Assembly: GCA_043807135.1 (NCBI GenBank)
Contig: JAZDGF010000003.1
Span: forward strand, 72,621 to 136,620
Direction of reading: 5' to 3'
Source of the DNA: Candidatus Levyibacteriota bacterium
GTDB lineage: Bacteria; Patescibacteriota; Microgenomatia; Levybacterales; UBA12049
Length of the DNA: 64,000 nt
Made by a program: the position numbers and the translations under genes
Part shown: piece by piece, positions 38,651 to 47,284 of the stretch
Layout: every line of letters begins with the position of its first letter
How positions within the stretch are numbered: the stretch's first letter is position 1
Notes under the pieces: generated by a model
Databases searched by the model: none
Seen by the model: the letters and a program-made list of their open reading frames with translations, nothing else
What the model was told of the DNA's origin: nothing

Positions 38651-39736
38651 TTAGGTTGATAAAAATTGCTTTAAGTTTTCTTTGGTAACATGAACTTGAG
38701 TATTTTGTTGCACTTTTCCCTCAATAATAAGCCTTGCAGTTTTCCTGCAAATTCCCTCAATTGTTCTCTCTAAGCTTCTAATCCCAGAGTCAAAACCCAA
38801 TGGCCTTATAATGTTTGGCCATAAAGGATCATCGACTATTAGCTGATTATCAGAAAGTCCTGAGGCTTTTCTAATTTTTGGAAAAAGATAAATTTTAGCA
38901 ATAACAGTTTTTTCTTCGTCCGTATAAGACGGCATTTGAATTATCTCAAGCCTATCTAGCACTGCAGTTGAAATATTGGTTGTATTATTTGCAGTTGTAA
39001 CAAATAAAGAGTGAGATAAATCAAACGGATAATCAATATAATGATCTGTAAATGCCTTATTTTGCTCAGGATCTAAAAGTTCAACTAAAACTCCCATAAT
39101 ATCAGCTCTTGCCGCTTCGGTAACTCTATCAAGCTCATCAAGTAAAATTACCGAATTTTTACTTTGCGCGTGTACTATTTTTTTAACAATTGCGCCCGGT
39201 TCTGCTTCTGCAAGTGCACGAGACTGCCCACGCAGAATTTTTGCATCTCCCATTCCTCCGAAAGGAATTCTCTCAAATTTTCTTCCCAATGCTTCTGCAA
39301 TTGAATAAGCAAGTGTTGTTTTACCGGTTCCGACAAGACCAATCAAACAAAGAATTGGAGCACGAATTGTCATGTCTTGCTCTTGATTTGTTCTTAAATT
39401 AAGCATAATTGAGGAAAGATATTCAAGAATTCTGTTTTTAACACTTTCCAAACCGTAATGATTTTTGTCTAAAATTTGTTTTGCCGCATTAATATCTAAA
39501 AAATCCTTTGTTTCTTTTGCAAAGGGAAGATCACATATCCAATCAATATATTTTGCCGTACTTTCAAAATTAATAAAAGTTGCTCCTCCTGCTTTAAGCC
39601 CAGCTCTTAACATGGAAAGCATTCCATTAACTTTTTCTAAAAGTTCCGGAGGTAAATTTGCAGCTTTTACTTTTTCTTCAAGTTTTTTCACTTGAATATC
39701 AAGAGAGCCAGTTTGGTCCATATATTTATAATACAA
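38651..39736 (-). CDS. Lon-like AAA+ ATPase module only (no LON N-domain, no S16 peptidase domain)
   Basis: The 361-aa protein aligns to the Lon ATPase region: YIDWICDLPF, HYGLESVKNRILEYL, Walker A GLVGTGKTT, Walker B ILLDELD and TTANN. It ends exactly at the ATPase/protease boundary and is flanked by intact genes. Confidence 0.6.
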   Translation of the reverse strand: MYYKYMDQTGSLDIQVKKLEEKVKAANLPPELLEKVNGMLSMLRAGLKAGGATFINFESTAKYIDWICDLPFAKETKDFLDINAAKQILDKNHYGLESVKNRILEYLSSIMLNLRTNQEQDMTIRAPILCLIGLVGTGKTTLAYSIAEALGRKFERIPFGGMGDAKILRGQSRALAEAEPGAIVKKIVHAQSKNSVILLDELDRVTEAARADIMGVLVELLDPEQNKAFTDHYIDYPFDLSHSLFVTTANNTTNISTAVLDRLEIIQMPSYTDEEKTVIAKIYLFPKIRKASGLSDNQLIVDDPLWPNIIRPLGFDSGIRSLERTIEGICRKTARLIIEGKVQQNTQVHVTKENLKQFLST

Positions 39737-39775
39737 CAGTAGTTAGTAAATAGGAAATAGTTAACTTTTTATAAA

Positions 39776-42085
39776 TTACCGCGGTTTTCTATTATAGCGA
39801 GGCATTCCACTTTGTGGCCTATTTTGTCTTCCACCCATGTTCTTTGCATGCCATTCTTTTTCACGCTCACGTCTAAATTGCATTGCCAATGGATGATCGG
39901 TTTTAGCTCCTTGAAAAGAATCTCCACTTCTTTGAGGATCATTCTCTCTTCCCTCACTTTTTTTATCTCCTCCTTCTGCATTTTCTCCAAATAGCATAGA
40001 AAGATTAATTCTTCCTTGTTCATCAATCTCAATAACTTTTACTTTTACTTTTTGTCCAATAGAGACTACATCGTTTGGATCTTTAACAAATTCTGTAGAC
40101 ATTTTGGAAACATGTACCATTCCTTCTTTACCTGGTAAAATTTCAATAAATGCTCCGAAAGGAAGAATTCTTTTTACTTCCCCTTCAAAAACCTCTCCTG
40201 AAGTTACTTCGCGAACTAAACCTTTTATCCAATCAACCGCTTTTTGTACTGCTTCTTCCGAAGTTCCCGAAATTGCCACTGAACCATCGTCTTCAACATC
40301 TACTGTTGCACCTGTTGTAGCAATAATATTTTTAATTATTTTTCCTCCCGGACCAATAACTTCACCTATTTTTTCAACTGGAATTTTAACCATTTCAATC
40401 TTTGGTGCATATTCTGAAACTTCTTCTCTTACATGAGGCATAACAGAAAGCATTTTTTCTAAAATAAATATTCTTGCAGTTTTTGCTTTTTCTAAAGCTT
40501 CAGCAATTTGTTCAAAGGTAATACCTGCAATTTTAACATCTAGTTGAATTGCAGTAATGCCATCTTTTGATCCTGCAATTTTAAAGTCCATGTCTCCGGA
40601 AAAATCTTCTAAACCCAAGATATCTGTTAGGATTTGATATTTTTCAGAGGAGCTCATAAGCCCCATGGCAATTCCTGCAATCGGATTTTTAATTGGAACT
40701 CCAGCATCCATTAAAGCGAGTGTTGATCCGCATGTTGCTGCCATAGAAGTTGAACCGTTAGAAGAAAGAATTTCTGAAACTACTCTTATTGTGTAAGGAA
40801 ACTTGGCTTGATCCGGAATAACTGGCTCAAGAGCTCTTTCCGCCAAAGCTCCATGTCCGATTTCTCTTCTTGAAGGAATTCCAATTCTTCCTGTTTCTCC
40901 AACAGAATATGGAGGCATTGAATAATGGTGCATATATTTTTTAGACTCTTCTCCTTCTGCCGATTCAATTAACTGCTCTAGCCTTGGAGATCCTAAGGTT
41001 ACAACCGTAAGTCCTTGTGTCTGTCCTCTTTGAAAAATTGCCGATCCGTGAGTTCTTGGTAAAAGTGAAACTCGTGAAGAAATTTCTCTTATCTCATCCA
41101 TTTTTCTTCCATCCGGTCTAATTCCTTTTTTAAGAATGTTTTCTCTAATACTTGCAAAAAGTACATATTCTATTGCTTTGGCAATGCTTTTTTTGTCTAT
41201 TGAAAATTCAGGATTTGCCGATTGTTCTCTTTCAAAAACTGCATCCACTAAATCTCCTGCTCCGTCTCCGCTTGATTCTTTACTAAGTCTATTTTTAAGA
41301 AGCGCAACTGCCTCCTCCTTGTATGATTTTTGGATTAAGGCTTTTGCTTCTTCAAGTTTTTGATCAGGGCTAACCGTCTCCTTTTTTTCTCCTGCTTCTT
41401 TAACAAATTTTTCAATAAATTCAATTATTTTTTTGTTTTCTTCGTGTGCTTTTTTAATTGCTCCTAAAACTATCTCTTCCGAAACTTGGGTTGCTCCTGC
41501 TTCAAGCATTAAGGTTTTTTCTTTATTTTGAGTTGCAATCAAATCAAGTTCTGAAAAATCAGATTCGGCATGACCGGGATTAACAAAATATTCAAAATTT
41601 CCATTATTTGGTTCTTTTACAAAACCTATTCTTACTGCTGCTATAGGACCATTCCAGGGAATTCTTGATGCAGCAAGTGCTGCTGAGACAGCATTAATTG
41701 ATAAGATATCAGGCTCGTTTTCTCCATCAACAGAAAGAACAGTTATTATAATTTGCACTTCTTTTTTAAATTCTTTTGGAAAAAGAGGCCTAATTGACCT
41801 ATCAATAAGTCTTGCGATTAGAATAGAATCATCTGAAGGTCTCCCTTCTCTTTTTACCCAACGGCTTCCTTTAATTCTTCCACCTGCGTAAAGTCTTTCA
41901 ACATACTCAACCATCAGGGGAAAATAATCAATATCTTCTCTTTGTTTTCCTTCTGTAACAGTTACCAAAACCATAGTATCTCCCATTCTTGCCAGAACAG
42001 AAGATGTAGCTTGGTTTGCCAGCTCATCTGTCTCAAAGGTTATTTTTTTACCTTCTAATTCTAGTTCTACTGAGGTTTTCTTCAT
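39776..42085 (-). CDS. pnp: Polynucleotide phosphorylase with a Gly/Arg-rich C-terminal extension
   Basis: The 769-aa protein has two RNase PH domains, KH and S1 domains, and a basic tail. Confidence 0.95.
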   Translation of the reverse strand: MKKTSVELELEGKKITFETDELANQATSSVLARMGDTMVLVTVTEGKQREDIDYFPLMVEYVERLYAGGRIKGSRWVKREGRPSDDSILIARLIDRSIRPLFPKEFKKEVQIIITVLSVDGENEPDILSINAVSAALAASRIPWNGPIAAVRIGFVKEPNNGNFEYFVNPGHAESDFSELDLIATQNKEKTLMLEAGATQVSEEIVLGAIKKAHEENKKIIEFIEKFVKEAGEKKETVSPDQKLEEAKALIQKSYKEEAVALLKNRLSKESSGDGAGDLVDAVFEREQSANPEFSIDKKSIAKAIEYVLFASIRENILKKGIRPDGRKMDEIREISSRVSLLPRTHGSAIFQRGQTQGLTVVTLGSPRLEQLIESAEGEESKKYMHHYSMPPYSVGETGRIGIPSRREIGHGALAERALEPVIPDQAKFPYTIRVVSEILSSNGSTSMAATCGSTLALMDAGVPIKNPIAGIAMGLMSSSEKYQILTDILGLEDFSGDMDFKIAGSKDGITAIQLDVKIAGITFEQIAEALEKAKTARIFILEKMLSVMPHVREEVSEYAPKIEMVKIPVEKIGEVIGPGGKIIKNIIATTGATVDVEDDGSVAISGTSEEAVQKAVDWIKGLVREVTSGEVFEGEVKRILPFGAFIEILPGKEGMVHVSKMSTEFVKDPNDVVSIGQKVKVKVIEIDEQGRINLSMLFGENAEGGDKKSEGRENDPQRSGDSFQGAKTDHPLAMQFRREREKEWHAKNMGGRQNRPQSGMPRYNRKPR

Positions 42086-42089
42086 TTAT

Positions 42090-42359
42090 TTAATTCTTTA
42101 ATCCTATCTTTTTCTCGATTTCAGAGGAGCGTTTTGCGTCCACTTTTTTTAAGAAATTAATAAGTCTTCTCCTTTTTGCAATCATTGATAAAAGTCCACG
42201 TCTTGAATGATTATCATGATCATGTGCTTTTAAGTGTTCTGTTAATTTAGCAATTCTTGTTGATAAAAGAGCAACCTGAACTTCAGGACTCCCTGTATCA
42301 CCCTGTACTGTTTGAAATTTTTTAATAATGTCTTGCTTTTGTGAAGTACTAAGCGGCAT
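42090..42359 (-). CDS. rpsO: 30S ribosomal protein S15
   Basis: The 89-aa protein contains GDTGSPEVQVALLSTRI...HDHDNHSRRGLL. Confidence 0.93.
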   Translation of the reverse strand: MPLSTSQKQDIIKKFQTVQGDTGSPEVQVALLSTRIAKLTEHLKAHDHDNHSRRGLLSMIAKRRRLINFLKKVDAKRSSEIEKKIGLKN

Positions 42360-42447
42360 ATCTAATATATTCTTTAAACTGAGAATCTAATAATTTATTC
42401 TTGTTTATTTGGGTATTATAGCAGTTATTCTTAGGATTTACAATCAT

Positions 42448-43467
42448 TTAAAAATTGGTCGATCCTTTGTAGATTTTTGGCGCAAGCCAATCCTCTGGAG
42501 GGTTTTCAATTTGCTTTTCTTTTTCAACTTGTTCAATTGGAGTAACTTCATCAGTTTTTTTAGCTGCCGGTGCAATTTCCGGTTGGTTGCTTAATTTTTC
42601 TTCCTGTCTTTTTTGCGATTCAATAATTTGTTTTCTAAGTCTTTCCATCACTTCTTCTGAGCTTTGAGTTGTTTGCTGTTGAGGTCTTTGCACAGTTTGT
42701 GATGGCTCAAAATTTGTTGCTCTTTGCCTTACCAGGGAAGTTCTTCTTGCTCCATTTCTTATTAAAGCACCTGCCATTTCAAATGCTAAGGAGCTAGTTT
42801 CCGGATTTTGGAAATCATTAGTTGTAAATGAAATTCCTGACAAAAGATTTTGAGAAATATCTTGATCCATTGGAAGACCAAGAAATAGAATTAAACTCGC
42901 AATAATTTCTGAAACAGAAGAAGCTTTTGGATCTACTAAAACAACATCTCCAAAACCTTGATTCTCAGATTTATTGTCAATATTAATTACTTTTGTATCT
43001 TTAAGATCTGCAACGTCAAAAATCGTACTAAAATCAGTAAGCCTTGGAGAACCAATAGTAAATAAAATGTTTGGAGTATTTGAAGCACCACTTGTAAACT
43101 TAATATCTTTTTGGGAAAAATTAAGTCCTTGAGGTCCTGCTTTTACAATAATATTTAGTAATTCATTTTCTAAAGTATAAGAAACTTTTTCTATTTCTCC
43201 ATCTTTATACGGAAATGATACTACCAAATCTCCACCTGATATTCCTAAACTTGTTTTTACTTTATTTATACCTACTAAATTAGATATTTCAACAATCGGC
43301 TGATCAGGAGCTGCAATAGAAACTGTTTTTCCAGAAGAAACTAATGCAAGATACAAAGAAAGGGCAGCGCCCATATCATCAAGGCTTGGGTTTTTTCCAG
43401 CCACAATACCAAAAGTATTTGCCGTATTTAATAGATCTTTAATTTGTTTAAAAGTAAATGTATCCAT
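42448..43467 (-). CDS. DHH/DHHA1-family (NrnA-like) protein with degenerate catalytic motifs (DHH replaced by DNK)
   Basis: The 339-aa protein aligns to NrnA (VINIDNKSENQGFGDVVLVDPKASSVSEII against IDHHPNEDPYGDLLWVDTSASSVSEMI). Motif I is altered and it carries a roughly 100-aa low-complexity C-terminal tail. Confidence 0.55.
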   Translation of the reverse strand: MDTFTFKQIKDLLNTANTFGIVAGKNPSLDDMGAALSLYLALVSSGKTVSIAAPDQPIVEISNLVGINKVKTSLGISGGDLVVSFPYKDGEIEKVSYTLENELLNIIVKAGPQGLNFSQKDIKFTSGASNTPNILFTIGSPRLTDFSTIFDVADLKDTKVINIDNKSENQGFGDVVLVDPKASSVSEIIASLILFLGLPMDQDISQNLLSGISFTTNDFQNPETSSLAFEMAGALIRNGARRTSLVRQRATNFEPSQTVQRPQQQTTQSSEEVMERLRKQIIESQKRQEEKLSNQPEIAPAAKKTDEVTPIEQVEKEKQIENPPEDWLAPKIYKGSTNF

Positions 43468-43478
43468 ATGTCTATTTT

Positions 43479-44930
43479 TTAGTTATGGCATATTAACATA
43501 TCGCCTATAGTAAAGTCAAGGAGAGGGGATATTACAATTCCTGCCTCTTGCCCTTTTTCTACTTTTGAGGTTGAATTTTTGCCAATTCTTACTGAGTTTA
43601 CATTACTTTCTCCAACAACTTCTTTATCTCTCATTAGCCTCACTCGGTCACCTTTGGCAACTCTTCCTTCCAAAACTGAAATGCCAAGTGCTTTTCCTTT
43701 CTCAAAAGGAAATGAGGCAAGTATTTTTGCTCTACCGTAAATCTGTTCCTGCATAGCAAGTTTTTTACCCTCTAGTAAATCTTTAACTTCTTCTATTATT
43801 TCGTAAATTAAGTTGTAATTTCTAAGTAAAACTTTTTCTGCTTCGGCAAGCTTTAAAACATCTTGTTTTATTTTTATATTAAATCCTAAAATTACCGCGC
43901 CAGTTGATTTGGCAAAAAGAATATCTGACGTTTCAATATCACCTGTTTTTGAAGAAAGAATTTTAAGCTCACTAGGAAGTGAACTTATCAAAGCTTCAAG
44001 CGATCCATAAGTATCGGCACAAATAATAAAAGAGGGCATTCCCTCTTGAGATTTTTGAACCTCTTCTTCTTGCAATTCAGAGCTTCCCAGTTCTTTTTTT
44101 TCTTTAATTTTTGAATTAACAATTTCACCTATCTTAGGAGCATTTTCAAAACCTAAAATTTCTACTGCTTCTCCTACGGTTGCTTCTTTTAGTTGTTTTC
44201 CTTTGTCATTTGTTAAACTTCTTACTCTTGCTTTTATACCTCCTGCAAAAATATCACTTCTTACCTTTATTACTCCGTTTTTAATAACAACCGTTGCTTT
44301 TGGACCTGCTTTTGGATCAAGCTTTGACTCTATAACTATCGCTTCAAGCTCTTTTTTTGAAGAATAAGTAAATTTATCCTGATTTACGTCATAAATAAGA
44401 AGAATTAAATCCAAAAGTTCTTTTACGTTATGATTTGACTTTGCAGAAACTTCTATTGAAGGCACGTTTCCACCATAGCTTTCAAGTATTATCTCCTCTT
44501 TTAAAAACTGTTTTTTCACCTTTTCTACACTTATATCCGGAAGGTCAGCTTTTGTTAAAACAACAATAAAAGGAGTTTTTGAAGCTTTTAATAATTCTAT
44601 GCTTTCTTTTGTCTGAGGCTTAATTCCGTCATTTAAAGCAACAATTAAAAGTGCAATATCTGCTGCCCTAAGTCCTCTTCCCCGCATTTGAGAAAAAGCT
44701 TCATGGCCGGGTGTATCTATAAAAGTAATTTTTCGCAGTTTTTCCTCGTGCTTTATTTCTATTTCCGATGCTCCAATTTTCTGAGTAATTCCTCCATGTT
44801 CACGCTCAGCAATGTTTGTTTTTCTAATTGCATCTAAAAGTGTGGTTTTACCGTGATCAACATGCCCTAATACAGCAATTACTGGAGGGTATAAATTTTC
44901 TTTACTATGTTTTTTATTTTTAACATCCAT
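43479..44930 (-). CDS. infB: Translation initiation factor IF-2, compact form beginning at the G domain
   Basis: The 483-aa protein contains [25 protein letters not shown] and TKAD, plus IF-2 C-terminal domains. Confidence 0.9.
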   Translation of the reverse strand: MDVKNKKHSKENLYPPVIAVLGHVDHGKTTLLDAIRKTNIAEREHGGITQKIGASEIEIKHEEKLRKITFIDTPGHEAFSQMRGRGLRAADIALLIVALNDGIKPQTKESIELLKASKTPFIVVLTKADLPDISVEKVKKQFLKEEIILESYGGNVPSIEVSAKSNHNVKELLDLILLIYDVNQDKFTYSSKKELEAIVIESKLDPKAGPKATVVIKNGVIKVRSDIFAGGIKARVRSLTNDKGKQLKEATVGEAVEILGFENAPKIGEIVNSKIKEKKELGSSELQEEEVQKSQEGMPSFIICADTYGSLEALISSLPSELKILSSKTGDIETSDILFAKSTGAVILGFNIKIKQDVLKLAEAEKVLLRNYNLIYEIIEEVKDLLEGKKLAMQEQIYGRAKILASFPFEKGKALGISVLEGRVAKGDRVRLMRDKEVVGESNVNSVRIGKNSTSKVEKGQEAGIVISPLLDFTIGDMLICHN

Positions 44931-44985
44931 AATGTTTTTTTATTAATAAGCTTAAATTTAGAATTTAAAATTACAAATTCCATAA

Positions 44986-46173
44986 TCAGGCTTTATCTTT
45001 TATTTCTTCTGTTTTATTTTTTTTAACTTTTTTAACAGTCTTCTTTTTTGCAACTGTTTTTTTTTCTACCTTTTCTTTCTTAACTTTCTTAACTTTTTCA
45101 TCTTTTTTCACTGTTTTAGCTTTCTTTTTTTCCTTTTTTTCAGGCTTATCGTCTTTTTCTACATCTTTTTCTTCAACCTTTTCTTCTGTCTCCATTCCTT
45201 CAATTTCTATTCTATATCCTGATAATTTTGAGGCAAGTCTTACATTTTGACCTTCTCTGCCGATTGCCAAAGAAAGCTCATCTTCTGCAACTGACACATG
45301 AGCAATTTTTTCTTTTTCATCAATTTCTACTTTAAGATTTTTTGCAGGAGACAAAGCTTGAGCAATATAGCTTTTTGGGTTTTCCTGCCATTGAATAATA
45401 TCTATTTTTTCAAGACCACCAAATTCCTGAATAACTGCCTGAACTCTCACTCCTTTTTGACCAACACAGCTTCCAACAGGATCAATTCCTGACTGAGTGG
45501 AAAATACTGCAATCTTACTTCTTGCACCTGCTTCTCTTGCAATTTCCTTAATTTCAACATTTCCCTGAGCTACTTCAGGAACTTCTCTTTTAAAAAGCCC
45601 TTCCAAGAGTCCGGGGGCAGATCTTGAAACAATAATCTCTTCTCCTTTTAACCCTTCTCTTATCTCTGCTAAATAAACAGCTAGTCTTTGATTTAAATAG
45701 TATTTTTCATTTTGAATTTGATCTTGAGAAGGCATTATTGCTTCAGTTTTTCCAATATCAATAATTATATTTGGTCCAGCAAATCTTAATACCATTCCGT
45801 TTATAATCGATCCTATTTTTAGTCTGTAATCGGTAATTATCGCTTCTTTTTCTTTTTCTCTAATTTTTTGAAGGATTACCTGTTTTGCGGTTTGAGCTGC
45901 AATTCTACCAAAGCCCGGAGGGGTTACGTCTTTTTTGTTATGAAAAATCTTCGCTTCTCCTGTTTGAGAATCAAGACTCGCAGTAAATTCTGTAACTTCT
46001 ATTCCTGGGTGGTCTTTTCTATATGCTGCAACAATAGCATTTCTAACAGTTTCCATAACAACCTCGGGGTCAATTCCCCTTTCGGTTGAAACCTGATTTA
46101 GTGCTAATGCAAATTCGCTTCTTTGTATTGCCGGCATATTTTTTAAAAAAATGGCGGGCTTAATCCCCACCAT
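44986..46173 (-). CDS. nusA: Transcription termination/antitermination factor NusA with a Lys-rich tail
   Basis: The 395-aa protein has an N-terminal domain, an S1 domain, KH1 and KH2 domains, and a K/E-rich C-terminus. Confidence 0.9.
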   Translation of the reverse strand: MVGIKPAIFLKNMPAIQRSEFALALNQVSTERGIDPEVVMETVRNAIVAAYRKDHPGIEVTEFTASLDSQTGEAKIFHNKKDVTPPGFGRIAAQTAKQVILQKIREKEKEAIITDYRLKIGSIINGMVLRFAGPNIIIDIGKTEAIMPSQDQIQNEKYYLNQRLAVYLAEIREGLKGEEIIVSRSAPGLLEGLFKREVPEVAQGNVEIKEIAREAGARSKIAVFSTQSGIDPVGSCVGQKGVRVQAVIQEFGGLEKIDIIQWQENPKSYIAQALSPAKNLKVEIDEKEKIAHVSVAEDELSLAIGREGQNVRLASKLSGYRIEIEGMETEEKVEEKDVEKDDKPEKKEKKKAKTVKKDEKVKKVKKEKVEKKTVAKKKTVKKVKKNKTEEIKDKA

Positions 46174-46197
46174 CTCAAATGCTCCTTAATTGAATTC

Positions 46198-46226
46198 ATT
46201 TTAGCAGATTTAACCTCTTCAGTCAA
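46198..46226 (-). promoter_or_regulatory. Candidate nusA promoter TTGACT-17nt-TAAAAT, with AAGGAG Shine-Dalgarno 8 nt before the ATG
   Basis: Minus strand reads TTGACTgaagaggttaaatctgcTAAAATgaattcaattAAGGAGcatttgagATG. Confidence 0.4.
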
Positions 46227-46347
46227 CCAAAAACAACCCAGTGGATTACCTCTTTTTAAAAACACCTCTTTATATAAGAGATGTTATTTGCTAATATTGA
46301 CCTACTACTTAGACTAGCTCATTTGGAATTTTAGGGGGTGAGTAAAT

Positions 46348-46596
46348 TTGAAAAAAGACTTAATCGGAAAAGTAATTCATTATTACGACAAAATCGGAGT
46401 TGCCGTAATAAAATTGGATAAAGGGCTTAAAACCGGGGATAAAATAAAATTTGTAAAGGGCGACCACGAGTTTGAACAAATAGCCGATTCAATACAACTT
46501 GAGCACGAACAAATCTCAGAGGGTAAAAAAGGAGATGAAATTGCTTTGAAAGTTGATAAAGAGGCTGGCTCGGGAACTTTAGTTTATATAGCCTAA
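46348..46596 (+). CDS. Small beta-barrel protein resembling a translation-factor domain-2-like fold; TTG start with a strong Shine-Dalgarno
   Basis: The 82-aa protein contains GKVIHYYDKIGVAVIKLDKGLKTGDKIKF. AGGGGGTGA lies 10 nt upstream of the TTG. Confidence 0.45.
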   Translation: MKKDLIGKVIHYYDKIGVAVIKLDKGLKTGDKIKFVKGDHEFEQIADSIQLEHEQISEGKKGDEIALKVDKEAGSGTLVYIA

Positions 46597-46746
46597 TACA
46601 TATTTATATATTTATGCCACACAATGTGCAATGAACGACGCAAACTTGTCGTACAACCTCTAATTTGCTACGCGTCGAGGCTAAGTATATTACTCTAAGC
46701 TATATCTTCTTAGTGATTTTTGCCTTTGGATTAAAAATTTCCAGCC

Positions 46747-47256
46747 TTAAAAAGTATTCTGCACTACTCTTATTTCAACTAATTGACTTGAAGCTTGTTT
46801 TGTAATTTCTATACCTATTTCTTGATGTTCATCTGCTCCTGAAAGCTTATTTAAAACATTTCCGTTTGTACTTGTTGAAACAAAAGAAACAGCATTCATT
46901 CCTATTTCTCTAATTCTTTCTTTATACCAATTTGTTATTTGTCCTACATCATCATAACTTTGCAAATTAATTGCGTTTCCTGAGTTACTTAGTTGCTGTG
47001 AATTAGGATAAACCCAAGTATTGCTTATTCCCTGTACCTGTTTTACTTCACTTGTAAAAGTAGGAGTATTTTCAATTATTGTATTTGTTTGAATCGGTAT
47101 CTTTGTTGGAATAGGTGTAGGTGTTTTTTCTTCTAAAACAGGTGTTGGCGTTAATATTTTTGGCGCAAATGTTTTTTCGTCTTGTCTTAAAACAGAACTT
47201 TTAGAAAAAAGAATAAACAAGACTAATAAGATAAGAAGAATTTTTAAACTATTCAC
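46747..47256 (-). CDS. Secreted hypothetical protein with a signal peptide and Pro/Thr linker
   Basis: The 169-aa protein begins MNSLKILLILLVLFILFS and has a PT-rich linker. It is the last gene of the co-directional cluster. Confidence 0.5.
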   Translation of the reverse strand: MNSLKILLILLVLFILFSKSSVLRQDEKTFAPKILTPTPVLEEKTPTPIPTKIPIQTNTIIENTPTFTSEVKQVQGISNTWVYPNSQQLSNSGNAINLQSYDDVGQITNWYKERIREIGMNAVSFVSTSTNGNVLNKLSGADEHQEIGIEITKQASSQLVEIRVVQNTF

Positions 47257-47284
47257 AATCTATATTATAGAGGATTAATGCAAG

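Noticed and set aside
43479-44930. infB (483 aa) as truncated or pseudogenised
   Set aside because: The protein begins cleanly at the G domain, and short IF-2 forms lacking N-terminal domains are common.
7594-46746. tRNA or other structured RNA genes in the larger intergenic gaps (7594-7833, 9342-9571, 12717-12902, 21019-21149, 46597-46746)
   Set aside because: No T-loop-like GGTTCGAATCC element or cloverleaf is visible. The structures present look like terminators or leaders.
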